Made by a program: the position numbers and the translations under genes
In this document: piece after piece, positions 35,994 through 44,294 of the stretch
Layout of the letters: every line of letters begins with the position of its first letter
Position numbering within the stretch: position 1 is the first letter of the stretch
The notes under the pieces: generated by a model
The model's database searches: none
The model's input: the letters and a program-made list of their open reading frames with translations, nothing else
What the model was told of the DNA's origin: nothing
NCBI GenBank assembly: GCA_016926975.1
Contig: JAFGNP010000006.1
Span: 2,696 to 66,695, forward strand
DNA: 64,000 nt
Direction: 5' to 3'
Origin: Coriobacteriia bacterium
Lineage (GTDB): Bacteria > Actinomycetota > Coriobacteriia > Anaerosomatales > Anaerosomataceae

Positions 35994-37332
35994 TGCCCGT
36001 CGCGTAGATGCACTCGTCGCCGAGATCGGGTCCACCACGACCGTACTGTCGGCCTTCGACGGCCTCGATGCCGGGTCCGAGTGCGCGCCGCGGCTGATCG
36101 GTCAGGGGTTCGCACCCACCAGCGTCGAGCAGGGCGACGTGGGCATCGGTGTCGTGTCGGCACGCGCAGCCTTGGAGGAGGCCACCGGACCGCTGGCGCC
36201 CGGCATCACTCTTGCGACCTCTTCGGCGGCCGGCGGTCTGCGCATGACCGTGCACGGCCTCACACAGAAGATGACGGCGATGGCTGCGCGCGAAGCGGCG
36301 CTTGGCGCCGGTGGCGTGGTGGAGTACCAGACTGCCGGGCGGCTGAACGAGAGCGACCTTGAAGCGATCGACGCGGCGCGGCCCGGGCTGATCCTGCTGG
36401 CGGGCGGTGTGGAGGGCGGCGACAGTGAGGTCGCGCTCTTCAACGCGCAGGAGCTCTCCGGTCTGCGTTCGCGCCCGATGGTCATCTACGGTGGCAACTC
36501 GGCGGTGGCTCCCGAGGCGCGCGCCGCACTCGAGGCCGCAGGCTTTTGCGTGCGCGTCACGGACAACGTCTACCCGGGCGTCGACGAGCTCGATATCGTG
36601 CCCGCGCGCCACGCGATACACGATGCGTTCGAGGAGCACATCGTCCACGCGCCGGGCATGGAGCGTATCGGCGAGTTCGTGAGCGGCGCCATCCTGCCCA
36701 CGCCGGGCGCGGTGCTCATCGCTGCCGAGCTGCTCTCCGCCGAACTCGGCGACCTGGTCGTGATCGATGTGGGTGGCGCCACCACCGACGTGCACTCGGT
36801 GACCGACGGCACGCCCGAGATCTCTGCCATCTCCACCGACCCGCAGCCGCACGCCAAGCGTACCGTGGAGGGGGATCTCGGCACGTACGTGAGCGCATCG
36901 CACGTCGTGGAGCTGATGCCCCCTGCCGAGCGCCCGTTGTCGCTGCCGTCCGCAGTGCCGACCGCTTCCGAGGAGATCGCCGCCGCAGTGTCCCTCGCGC
37001 GGACCGCGGCGCGCGTGGCCGTCGAGCGGCATGCCGGCCGACTGGTGCACCTGTACACGCCGAAGGGCCGCCAGACGGTCGCGCACGGCCGCGACCTCAC
37101 CGCCTGTCGGCTCGTGATCGGCACCGGTGGGGCGCTCACGCGCCTGCCCGGCGGCAAGGGGATGCTCGAGGCGGTCCGGGCGAGCGCGGCCGGCGGCGAG
37201 CGGCTGCTCCCGCCATCCGATGCCGAAGTGGCGCTAGACTCCCATTACGTCTTCGTCTGCTGCGGAGCGCTGGCGTCGCACTTCGCGCCCGAGGCGGTTG
37301 TAGCGCTCATGCGCTCGAGCGCGGGACTCTGA
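35986..37332 (+). CDS. MutL/GlmL-like (ASKHA-fold) putative aminomutase reactivase
   Basis: DALVAEIGSTTTV...LAGGVEGGD...VIDVGGATTDVHSV is typical of glutamate-mutase MutL-like proteins found in ornithine/lysine aminomutase loci. ATG 35986 overlaps the MBL stop. Confidence 0.7.
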   Translation: MSDARRVDALVAEIGSTTTVLSAFDGLDAGSECAPRLIGQGFAPTSVEQGDVGIGVVSARAALEEATGPLAPGITLATSSAAGGLRMTVHGLTQKMTAMAAREAALGAGGVVEYQTAGRLNESDLEAIDAARPGLILLAGGVEGGDSEVALFNAQELSGLRSRPMVIYGGNSAVAPEARAALEAAGFCVRVTDNVYPGVDELDIVPARHAIHDAFEEHIVHAPGMERIGEFVSGAILPTPGAVLIAAELLSAELGDLVVIDVGGATTDVHSVTDGTPEISAISTDPQPHAKRTVEGDLGTYVSASHVVELMPPAERPLSLPSAVPTASEEIAAAVSLARTAARVAVERHAGRLVHLYTPKGRQTVAHGRDLTACRLVIGTGGALTRLPGGKGMLEAVRASAAGGERLLPPSDAEVALDSHYVFVCCGALASHFAPEAVVALMRSSAGL

Positions 37333-37395
37333 CGGGCGCAGTTCCCGCGCCGTATTTGCTACTCTCTAGGTGTCCGCCTGTCCGAGGAGCTGTCC

Positions 37396-38052
37396 TTGAG
37401 CGACCTGTTCTGCAATTCGTGCGGTGCTCCCAGAACGCCAGGTGAGTCCTTCTGCACCGCGTGCGGTTCGCGCTTGGATCCGGTGACGCCGGGGAAGCGC
37501 TCCCGGTCGCGGGCGGTGGCGTTCGGGTGTCTCGCCTTGGTGCTTGCCTGCTCTCTGAGTTGTGGCGCGGTGTTCCTGCTCGGCTCGAGAAGCGGTGGTG
37601 GCGGAGGGCTGTCGGCGGACCAGAAGCGTGTGGCCGAGGAGTTCGGCCTGCCGCGCACGTTCTCGGTGGTGATCGGTGAGGATGTGGAGGGCGCGCTCGA
37701 GGGCGGCGACCTGGACGTCCACCGCATCGAGACGTGGGACTACCACGAGATGGGTACGAGGTTCGTGTTCCGCGACGGCGCCGTCGTGGGCACGCGCGAC
37801 ATCAGCGTGCTCGATCCGGCAGCCTTCGCCTATCCCGCCATCTCTCCGGCGTCATTCTCGGAAGGCATGTCTCCCGACGATGTCAGCGAGCTGCTCGGCG
37901 GAGAACCCGGCGGCGAGGCTACGCTCAGCGCCGGGTTGGGTGAAGAGGTGCGCACGCTTGTCTGGAGCGGCGTGGTGTCGTGTACGTTCGTGGACGGCGA
38001 GCTTGCCGTGGTCGAGACGGCTCCGCTGCAGATCGCGGAGGTGGCCCGATGA
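37396..38052 (+). CDS. Zinc-ribbon membrane-anchored protein (hypothetical)
   Basis: N-terminal FCNSCGAP..FCTACGS double CxxC, one TM segment, then an extracytoplasmic domain of about 140 aa. TTG start. Confidence 0.55.
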   Translation: MSDLFCNSCGAPRTPGESFCTACGSRLDPVTPGKRSRSRAVAFGCLALVLACSLSCGAVFLLGSRSGGGGGLSADQKRVAEEFGLPRTFSVVIGEDVEGALEGGDLDVHRIETWDYHEMGTRFVFRDGAVVGTRDISVLDPAAFAYPAISPASFSEGMSPDDVSELLGGEPGGEATLSAGLGEEVRTLVWSGVVSCTFVDGELAVVETAPLQIAEVAR

Positions 38053-39176
38053 TAGGGCGCCTCGATCGCGAGGGCGGTTTCGCCGTCACGACGCTGCTGC
38101 TGATCACCGGCGTCGCCACAGCGGTGATCGTGGGCGGCTCGAGTACGGCAGCTTCGGTCATGAACCAGGCCGATGTCCGGGAAGCTGCCGACCAGATGTC
38201 GTACGTGGCCTCCGACATCCGCGCCCGCACCCAGTACGATCGCTCGGCCGAGGCGCAGGCGCTCGGCGCGCACGCTACAGCCATGTACGCCGTCTCAGGC
38301 GCGCTCACGCGTGCCGCGGACGAAGACGTGCTGGTGAACGTGCGCAACAACGCTGGCGACGTGGTGATGACGCCACTGCAGGGTGGAGCGGTGATCGATG
38401 TGGCCAAGTTCGCCTGGGACCTCAAGGGCGGTTGGGAGCTCGGAGACACCGCGCTGAAATCGTGGGGACTCACCGACCGAGGTGCGGACCCGCTGATCGC
38501 GCAGCTGCAGGGTCTTCAGCCAGCCCGCGACTACACCGCGCCGGCAGAGCAGGCGATAGTGGAGGCGAAGCTGAAGGCGGGGCGCGCGGCGCTCGTGCGT
38601 AGCGACCCAGGTCTCAGCCCCGAGGAGATCGATTCGCTCGCAGGGCAACTCGTCATCGATATCGAGGCGGGCGGCGCCACGGCAAGTGCGGGCGGCGACG
38701 AGTACCGCAATCGCTACGTGGACAGCGCTATAGCCCAATACCTGGGCTGGACGCCGCCCGACGATGTCGCCGCAGGTGACGGAGGCGCGGCAGCGGGCGA
38801 CGCGGTTGCCGGCAACGCGCAGGAGCAGGACGCTTCTGCGGACGTCGACGCTGGCGAGTGGATGAAGTTCCTGTTCGCGAAGCCGGGCACTTACTGGCCG
38901 GGTTCGCCGAACACCGGAATGGTCTCGAGGGCGATCCGCGACAGCGCGCAGGCTTTCCTCGGCCTGGAGGCGGGCACGACCGTTGAGGTGCTTGCCATCG
39001 GCCCCACCGATGCCGAAGGCTCGATCTGGCCGGTCCGCTTCCGCCTGGTCCCTCCCGGCGAGGACAGCGGCATGGTCTTCCTGACGCTCGTGTATCCGAG
39101 CGACGACGGGATGTTCGCCTCGCCGATCTTCATGCCCGACGTCCTGGGCACGGCCACCGCGGCGTTCGGTGACTGA
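38049..39176 (+). CDS. Hypothetical protein with TadE/G-like N-terminal hydrophobic segment
   Basis: ATG 38049 overlaps the previous stop (ATGA). The N-terminus LDREGGFAVTTLLLITGVATAVIVG resembles Tad pseudopilin-type anchors. The rest has no motif I recognise. Confidence 0.45.
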   Translation: MIGRLDREGGFAVTTLLLITGVATAVIVGGSSTAASVMNQADVREAADQMSYVASDIRARTQYDRSAEAQALGAHATAMYAVSGALTRAADEDVLVNVRNNAGDVVMTPLQGGAVIDVAKFAWDLKGGWELGDTALKSWGLTDRGADPLIAQLQGLQPARDYTAPAEQAIVEAKLKAGRAALVRSDPGLSPEEIDSLAGQLVIDIEAGGATASAGGDEYRNRYVDSAIAQYLGWTPPDDVAAGDGGAAAGDAVAGNAQEQDASADVDAGEWMKFLFAKPGTYWPGSPNTGMVSRAIRDSAQAFLGLEAGTTVEVLAIGPTDAEGSIWPVRFRLVPPGEDSGMVFLTLVYPSDDGMFASPIFMPDVLGTATAAFGD

Positions 39177-39230
39177 CGGCGCTTCCCGGGGCGGGTACAC
39201 TCGTGTTGCCGGGCTGCCGAGGGGAGACCG

Positions 39231-40295
39231 ATGTCTGCTGTAGCGAGCGTCACCGTCGATCTGGCCAAAGTCACCGAGAACACGAGGCGCGTGATCGACG
39301 CGCTCGGCGGAAGGGCAGTGTATGGCGTCACCAAGGTGACGTGCGGTTCCCCCGAGGTCGCGCAGGCGATGCTTGCCGGCGGTGCTGTCGGTATCGCGGA
39401 TTCGCGGTTCGAGAACATCGCGCGCATGCGCGAGGCGGGAGTGGATGCCGACTTCTGGTCGCTCCGCGCGCCGGCACCGGCGCTGGCCGACGACGTGGTG
39501 AGGATCGCGGACCTGTCGCTGGAGAGCGAGATCGAGACGGTAGCAGCGCTTAATGCGGCCGCAGCGCGTGCAGGCAAGCGCCACCGTATCCTGGCGATGG
39601 TCGACCTCGGCGACCTGCGCGAGGGCATGATGCCCGCCGAGTTGCCGGCGTTTCTCGATGCTGCCGAGGCGATGCCGGACATAGAGGTCTTCGGGATTGG
39701 CACGAGCCTGACGTGCTACGGCGCGATCGTGCCGGACGCTGACAATCTAGGCGAACTTGTCGCGCTTACACAGACTGCAGAAGCCCGACTCGGGCGGCGC
39801 CTCCACGTGAGCGGTGGCATGTCGAGCTCGCTCGATGCGCTCGCTGACGGCGTCCTGCCTGCGCGCATAGACGGTCTGCGTATCGGCGAGTCCATCCTGC
39901 TGGGAGTCTCCACGGTCACGCGCGAGCCGATCCTCGGCCTGCACACCGACGCCATCACGGTGAGCGCACCGGTGATCGAGTGCATGCGCAAGCCGAGTGC
40001 GCCGCACGGCACGAGCGCACAGGACGCATTCGGGCAGCGGGCGGTCTTTCTCGACCGGGGTGAGCGTTTGCGTGCGATTCTCGCGATGGGGCGCCAGGAC
40101 GTGGTGCCGGAGGGGATCGTGCCGCTCGATTCGCGCGTCCAGGTGCTCGGCGCCTCGAGCGACCACCTCGTGCTCGATGTCCACGACCTGCCCGATCCGC
40201 CTCGTCTCGGCGATACCATCGCGTTCGTTCCTAGCTACGCCGCCACGCTCGCGGCGTTCACCTCGCCTTACGTGGAGAAGCGGTTCGTCGGGTAG
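39231..40295 (+). CDS. orr: Ornithine racemase (alanine-racemase-fold PLP enzyme)
   Basis: 354 aa with VYGVTKV (PLP Lys) near the N-terminus. TIM barrel plus beta domain. Size and context match Orr. Confidence 0.7.
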   Translation: MSAVASVTVDLAKVTENTRRVIDALGGRAVYGVTKVTCGSPEVAQAMLAGGAVGIADSRFENIARMREAGVDADFWSLRAPAPALADDVVRIADLSLESEIETVAALNAAAARAGKRHRILAMVDLGDLREGMMPAELPAFLDAAEAMPDIEVFGIGTSLTCYGAIVPDADNLGELVALTQTAEARLGRRLHVSGGMSSSLDALADGVLPARIDGLRIGESILLGVSTVTREPILGLHTDAITVSAPVIECMRKPSAPHGTSAQDAFGQRAVFLDRGERLRAILAMGRQDVVPEGIVPLDSRVQVLGASSDHLVLDVHDLPDPPRLGDTIAFVPSYAATLAAFTSPYVEKRFVG

Positions 40296-40404
40296 AGCCA
40301 GTTGCGCGAGGGTGTGCGTTTGCGGTTCATCTGCGCACGTCGTGTGTCTAGGGTACATGTCGAGGAGTAGGCGTAGTGCGAGCGCGTCCCGCTACAATGG
40401 CCGC

Positions 40405-40941
40405 ATGCGTACTCGTCTTCACTTCACCCTCGCTCTGCTGCTCGCGGCCGTCCTTGCCGCGGGCTGCACTTTGCTGCCCGAGTCCGCCGAGGAGCCACCG
40501 CCCGGCGCGCCCGAGGTCACGCAGGCGGATGTGATCCGCCACACCGATGGCGACACGGCGCACTTCCGCCTAGACGGTGGCGCTGAGGAGAAGGTTCGCT
40601 TCATCGGCATCGACACGCCCGAGGTGGGCGAGAACCTCGAGCCTTTCGGCGAGGAGGCGGCCGTATACACCGCCGAGGCGATCCCCGTCGGCACGACGGT
40701 GTGGCTCGAGACCGACGCCGAACTGCGCGACAAGCACGGGCGGCTGCTCGCCTATGTGTGGCTCGAGCGGCCGACCGTCGGCGACGCGGCCGAGGTTCGC
40801 GAGAAGATGCTCAACGCCCGGCTGGTGCTCGACGGCTATGCCAACGCCTACACCTACCCGCCGAACGTGAAGTACACCAACGTGCTCAAGGACCTGCAGT
40901 CAGAAGCCCGCGGGGCGAAGCGCGGGCTCTGGGCGGAGTGA
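40405..40941 (+). CDS. Thermonuclease (SNase) family lipoprotein
   Basis: Lipobox LAAGC. DGDT..F.....E.VRFIGIDTPE ... HGRLLAYVW ... GLW are staphylococcal-nuclease motifs. The 5' part of track ORF 39997..40941 overlaps orr and is not used. Confidence 0.85.
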   Translation: MRTRLHFTLALLLAAVLAAGCTLLPESAEEPPPGAPEVTQADVIRHTDGDTAHFRLDGGAEEKVRFIGIDTPEVGENLEPFGEEAAVYTAEAIPVGTTVWLETDAELRDKHGRLLAYVWLERPTVGDAAEVREKMLNARLVLDGYANAYTYPPNVKYTNVLKDLQSEARGAKRGLWAE

Positions 40942-41120
40942 GAAGAAGGGTTCACTCCCGATCGGAGCGGGCCCCTTCGACTCTCGCGCGTGGTAGTCGA
41001 CCTACGACCTACTGCCAGGCGTAGATGTCGACCGTGAGCGAAGCCACGTATCTACTCTGCCCTGCCTTGTCGCGTCGTGTCGTTGTAGACTTCAGGTAGT
41101 CCATTCCGAGGAGGGGCTGT

Positions 41121-42128
41121 ATGTCTGTGACCACACCGGAGCCGCTCGAGCGGCTTACATTCGATTCCGCCGAGCTCATGCGGGAGTACCCGCCGGTGCT
41201 CCGTCACACCAACAAACTCGTGGTCTTCAGCGTTGCCTGTGGCGAGATCTGCGAGCCTTCGGGCACGCTCGGCTACACGCGTTGGCCGGCGATGGAGCTT
41301 CCCGGGCGCTTCGATCTGGCGGCGGCGCTCGAGCACCTGTCCAGTGCGCCAACGATCTTCGACTATGTCCCGGTGACGGACATGCCTGGTGCCGTGGAGT
41401 GGCACGTGAACTTCGCCGATCCTCTGCTGTTCTACGCGTATGGCTCCGGCCTGTTCGCTCAAGACGAGATGCAGTCGGCCGAACACCCGGTGCTCGGATC
41501 GCTGGTCGAGGCGCTGCACGTCGGCGGGCACCGTGCAATCACCGAGGACGACAGCGGCCCCACGCCGGCGCTCGTCACGGGTGCCGAGCGCCGCTGCTGC
41601 GTGGCGACGGATCCCAACGAAGCCGAGGGCCGCCCGCGCGGTCTGTACGGCAACGAGTTCTCGGCGGCCTCGGTGGACGTGGTGCGCCGCGCGACGAGGC
41701 GCATCGACCCTCCCACGATAAGCAATCTCATCGCGCTGGCTGCACCCTCGTACGGGGTGGGCGCATACGAGCGGGGCGCGCTCGAGCGTATCCTGGTCAC
41801 GGCGTACACGGGCTTCGCGGCCGCGGTGGCAGAGTCGGCCAGCGTCAAGTCAGGCGCCCCCGTGGTGATCCACTCCGGGTACTGGGGCTGCGGTGTGTTC
41901 GGCGGCGACCGCGTGGTGATGTCGCTGCTGCAGATACTGGCTGCAGGCATGGCCGGTGTCGACCGTTTCGTGTTCCACACAGTCAATGCCGAAGGTGCCC
42001 CGCCTTTCGACGAGGCACTGCGCATCGTGCGCGAGGAACTTGCGCCGGCCGGCCAGATGACCGCGGGCGAGCTCCTCGACCGTGTGTCGGCGATGGGCTT
42101 CATGTGGGGGATGAGCAACGGCAGCTAG
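41121..42128 (+). CDS. Poly(ADP-ribose) glycohydrolase (PARG)-like macrodomain protein
   Basis: VNFADPLLFYAYGSGLFAQDEMQ resembles the PARG GGG-X6-8-QEE loop, here as a GSG..QDE variant. HSGYWGCGVFGGDRVVMSLLQILAAGMAG resembles the TGNWGCGAFGGD..K.L.Q.LAAS block of canonical PARGs. Confidence 0.6.
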   Translation: MSVTTPEPLERLTFDSAELMREYPPVLRHTNKLVVFSVACGEICEPSGTLGYTRWPAMELPGRFDLAAALEHLSSAPTIFDYVPVTDMPGAVEWHVNFADPLLFYAYGSGLFAQDEMQSAEHPVLGSLVEALHVGGHRAITEDDSGPTPALVTGAERRCCVATDPNEAEGRPRGLYGNEFSAASVDVVRRATRRIDPPTISNLIALAAPSYGVGAYERGALERILVTAYTGFAAAVAESASVKSGAPVVIHSGYWGCGVFGGDRVVMSLLQILAAGMAGVDRFVFHTVNAEGAPPFDEALRIVREELAPAGQMTAGELLDRVSAMGFMWGMSNGS

Positions 42129-42143
42129 CCTGAGGGGGCGCGG

Positions 42144-42731
42144 ATGCTCGGAGTGCTCATCGTGGTGTCCTTCTTCGCCGGAGTCTGTTCCTACGTGGTC
42201 GGCTACGCTTTCACTGCCTCCCGAGAATCGCCGCTTCGCACGCTGGCCGGCGGCGTGGCGCTTGCCGGTTGCGTGATCTTCGCGTTGTTCGTTCCGCCGC
42301 TCGTGGCGTATGTGACCGGACTCGGCAGCGCCGAGTCCGTCTCGGCGTCCGGCGACAGCACCTACCGCTGGTTCTGGATCGGGTTCATCGTGGTCGGCCT
42401 GCTCGCTGGCCTGCGCGTCTGGCGCATGCGCCTCTTCTCGCCGGGTGCGGGGATGTTCCGGCTCGACGAGTCGCCGGTGAGCCGTGCCGAGAGCGAACTG
42501 CCGCTCGCCGACTCGCTCCAGGACGCGCTCGACGTGCTGGCCCGGGAGAAGGTTGCGCAGCGCGACGTGCCGCATCTGGCCCCTGCGATCAAGCGGGTGG
42601 GCACGCGCTTCTTCCACGAACTGCCTGAGAAGAAGAGCGAGGTCTACGCAATGGTGGCGTCATGCATCCCGCCGGCCGTGGCTGCCGACGTGACGGGGCT
42701 GCTGCTCCAAGGTGCGAGCCGCGAAGGCTGA
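42144..42731 (+). CDS. Membrane protein of unknown function (paralogue B of 27833..28465)
   Basis: 195 aa with the same architecture and conserved blocks as 27833..28465. Confidence 0.6.
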   Translation: MLGVLIVVSFFAGVCSYVVGYAFTASRESPLRTLAGGVALAGCVIFALFVPPLVAYVTGLGSAESVSASGDSTYRWFWIGFIVVGLLAGLRVWRMRLFSPGAGMFRLDESPVSRAESELPLADSLQDALDVLAREKVAQRDVPHLAPAIKRVGTRFFHELPEKKSEVYAMVASCIPPAVAADVTGLLLQGASREG

Positions 42732-42793
42732 GCCTTTGGCTGTCTGTGGGGAATAGTGTTGCAGGGGGTCGTTCATCGAGAGGGGAGATCGAC

Positions 42794-43537
42794 ATGAGGC
42801 GGACGGTGTGGTGCGCGGCTGCGATCGCGGTCGTGGTCTGCGCGCTGGCTCTCGGCGGATGCGATCTGCTTGCGGTCGGCTCGGGCGGCGAGACCGGCGA
42901 GGTGGCGCCTCCGCCTGATGAGCAGGTCGAAGATCAGAACGAGGTCGGCGGCGACGAGGGCATGATGACCGGCGGCTCGCTGGTGAACCCCGGTTTCGAG
43001 GACGGTCTTGACGGCTGGAGGGTCTACGACGAGAAGCCGACGCGTAGCCCGGGCAACAACGTCATCGAGACGACTCCGTGGGAGGCGCGCGGTGGCGACG
43101 TGTTGCACATAGCGCGCACTTCCGAGGCCGATGGTGGCGGAGCTGGCGTCGAGCAGGCGATTGCCATGGATGTGACCGGCGTGAAGGACCTGCGGGTCGT
43201 GTACGTCGGCTACGTCAACTACGAGGATGGTGGGAACATCGGTGGCGGGGATCCTCAGTGGTATCCGGAAGGCGGAGCGCAGGTACGCGTCTTCTACACC
43301 GACGAGGACGGCGTCAAGCAGGAGTGGTACCACGGCATGTGCATGGTGCCGACCGGTGCGCTCGATCCCAACTTCCAGCAGGTCCCGGACAACGAGTGGA
43401 CGCGCTTCGAGTCGGAGAACCTGATGGAGCTCGATCCCAAGCCGGCGAGCATCGACAACATCCGTTTCCACGGGTTCGGCTGGGGCTTCGACGCGATGTT
43501 TGACGACTGTAACCTGATGATCGCCGAGTTCGAGTAG
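42794..43537 (+). CDS. Lipoprotein with CBM4/9-like (galactose-binding-like) domain
   Basis: Lipobox LALGGC, an acidic linker, then NPGFEDGLDGW, which typically starts CBM_4_9-type jelly rolls. Confidence 0.5.
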   Translation: MRRTVWCAAAIAVVVCALALGGCDLLAVGSGGETGEVAPPPDEQVEDQNEVGGDEGMMTGGSLVNPGFEDGLDGWRVYDEKPTRSPGNNVIETTPWEARGGDVLHIARTSEADGGGAGVEQAIAMDVTGVKDLRVVYVGYVNYEDGGNIGGGDPQWYPEGGAQVRVFYTDEDGVKQEWYHGMCMVPTGALDPNFQQVPDNEWTRFESENLMELDPKPASIDNIRFHGFGWGFDAMFDDCNLMIAEFE

Positions 43538-43540
43538 CCG

Positions 43541-44254
43541 CTATCGCGTCTCGGTGCCGCCCAGAGCGTAGGTCCCGGCGGTGACGTCGGCGTACACGCT
43601 CACCGTGCGGTACAGGCCGTCGTCGGCCCTGGGGAAGTAGACCACATACAGCTCGATCCCGCCCTGCGTTGCGTCCGGGTTCACTTTCGCCACTTCGGCC
43701 TTGGCAGCGTCCAACGCCGCCTGTTGCCTGGGCGTCTGCGGGGCAATCGTCGGGTTCATGCCCTCGTCGTATGCGGAGACCAGCAGCACATCACTTGCGC
43801 GGCTGAAGAACGGCACGGCCTTGCCGTCGAGGATTTTCACCGCGTACTGTGTCTCGCCATCGTGCAGGATGAAGATGTATCCGCCGAGGAATGCGTGGCC
43901 TTCCACAGGTTCACCGGCGTACGGGTCCCCGCTGGCCCATGTGCGCCCCTCATCGAGCTCCGCCACGAACAGCGCGAGACGTTCGCCGTCGGTCTCAGGC
44001 TCCAGATGCGCGATCTGCTTGAGCAGGATGGTGTCGAAGAAGGTGTCGTGTTCGCCCGAGCAGGAGCGAACGGCCACCACTGACACGAGCAGCACCACTG
44101 CCAGCGCCACGCCAGCCAGCAGGGGCCAGCGCTCACGCATGGTCGTGCCGCTTTCGTCCGAAGTGGGCATACCGTGCCACGTTCGTTTCTTCCCGACAGA
44201 CAGCTTCATAGTGAGTATACGGTCGCTGGAGAACATCTGTGCAGCGATTGTCAC
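43541..44254 (-). CDS. Membrane-anchored hypothetical protein
   Basis: TM segment WPLLAGVALAVVLLVSVVAV. No recognisable motif. A start at ATG 44140 (MRERW) is at least as likely as 44254. Confidence 0.45.
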   Translation of the reverse strand: MTIAAQMFSSDRILTMKLSVGKKRTWHGMPTSDESGTTMRERWPLLAGVALAVVLLVSVVAVRSCSGEHDTFFDTILLKQIAHLEPETDGERLALFVAELDEGRTWASGDPYAGEPVEGHAFLGGYIFILHDGETQYAVKILDGKAVPFFSRASDVLLVSAYDEGMNPTIAPQTPRQQAALDAAKAEVAKVNPDATQGGIELYVVYFPRADDGLYRTVSVYADVTAGTYALGGTETR

Positions 44255-44294
44255 GAAAACAGCGAACCATACCTTGCCGCAGCTTGCGAGTTGC

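Noticed and set aside
39997-40404. 5' extension of the thermonuclease ORF (track ORF 39997..40941).
   Set aside because: It overlaps the 3' end of orr out of frame and is Arg/Ser-rich. The signal peptide and lipobox begin at ATG 40405.
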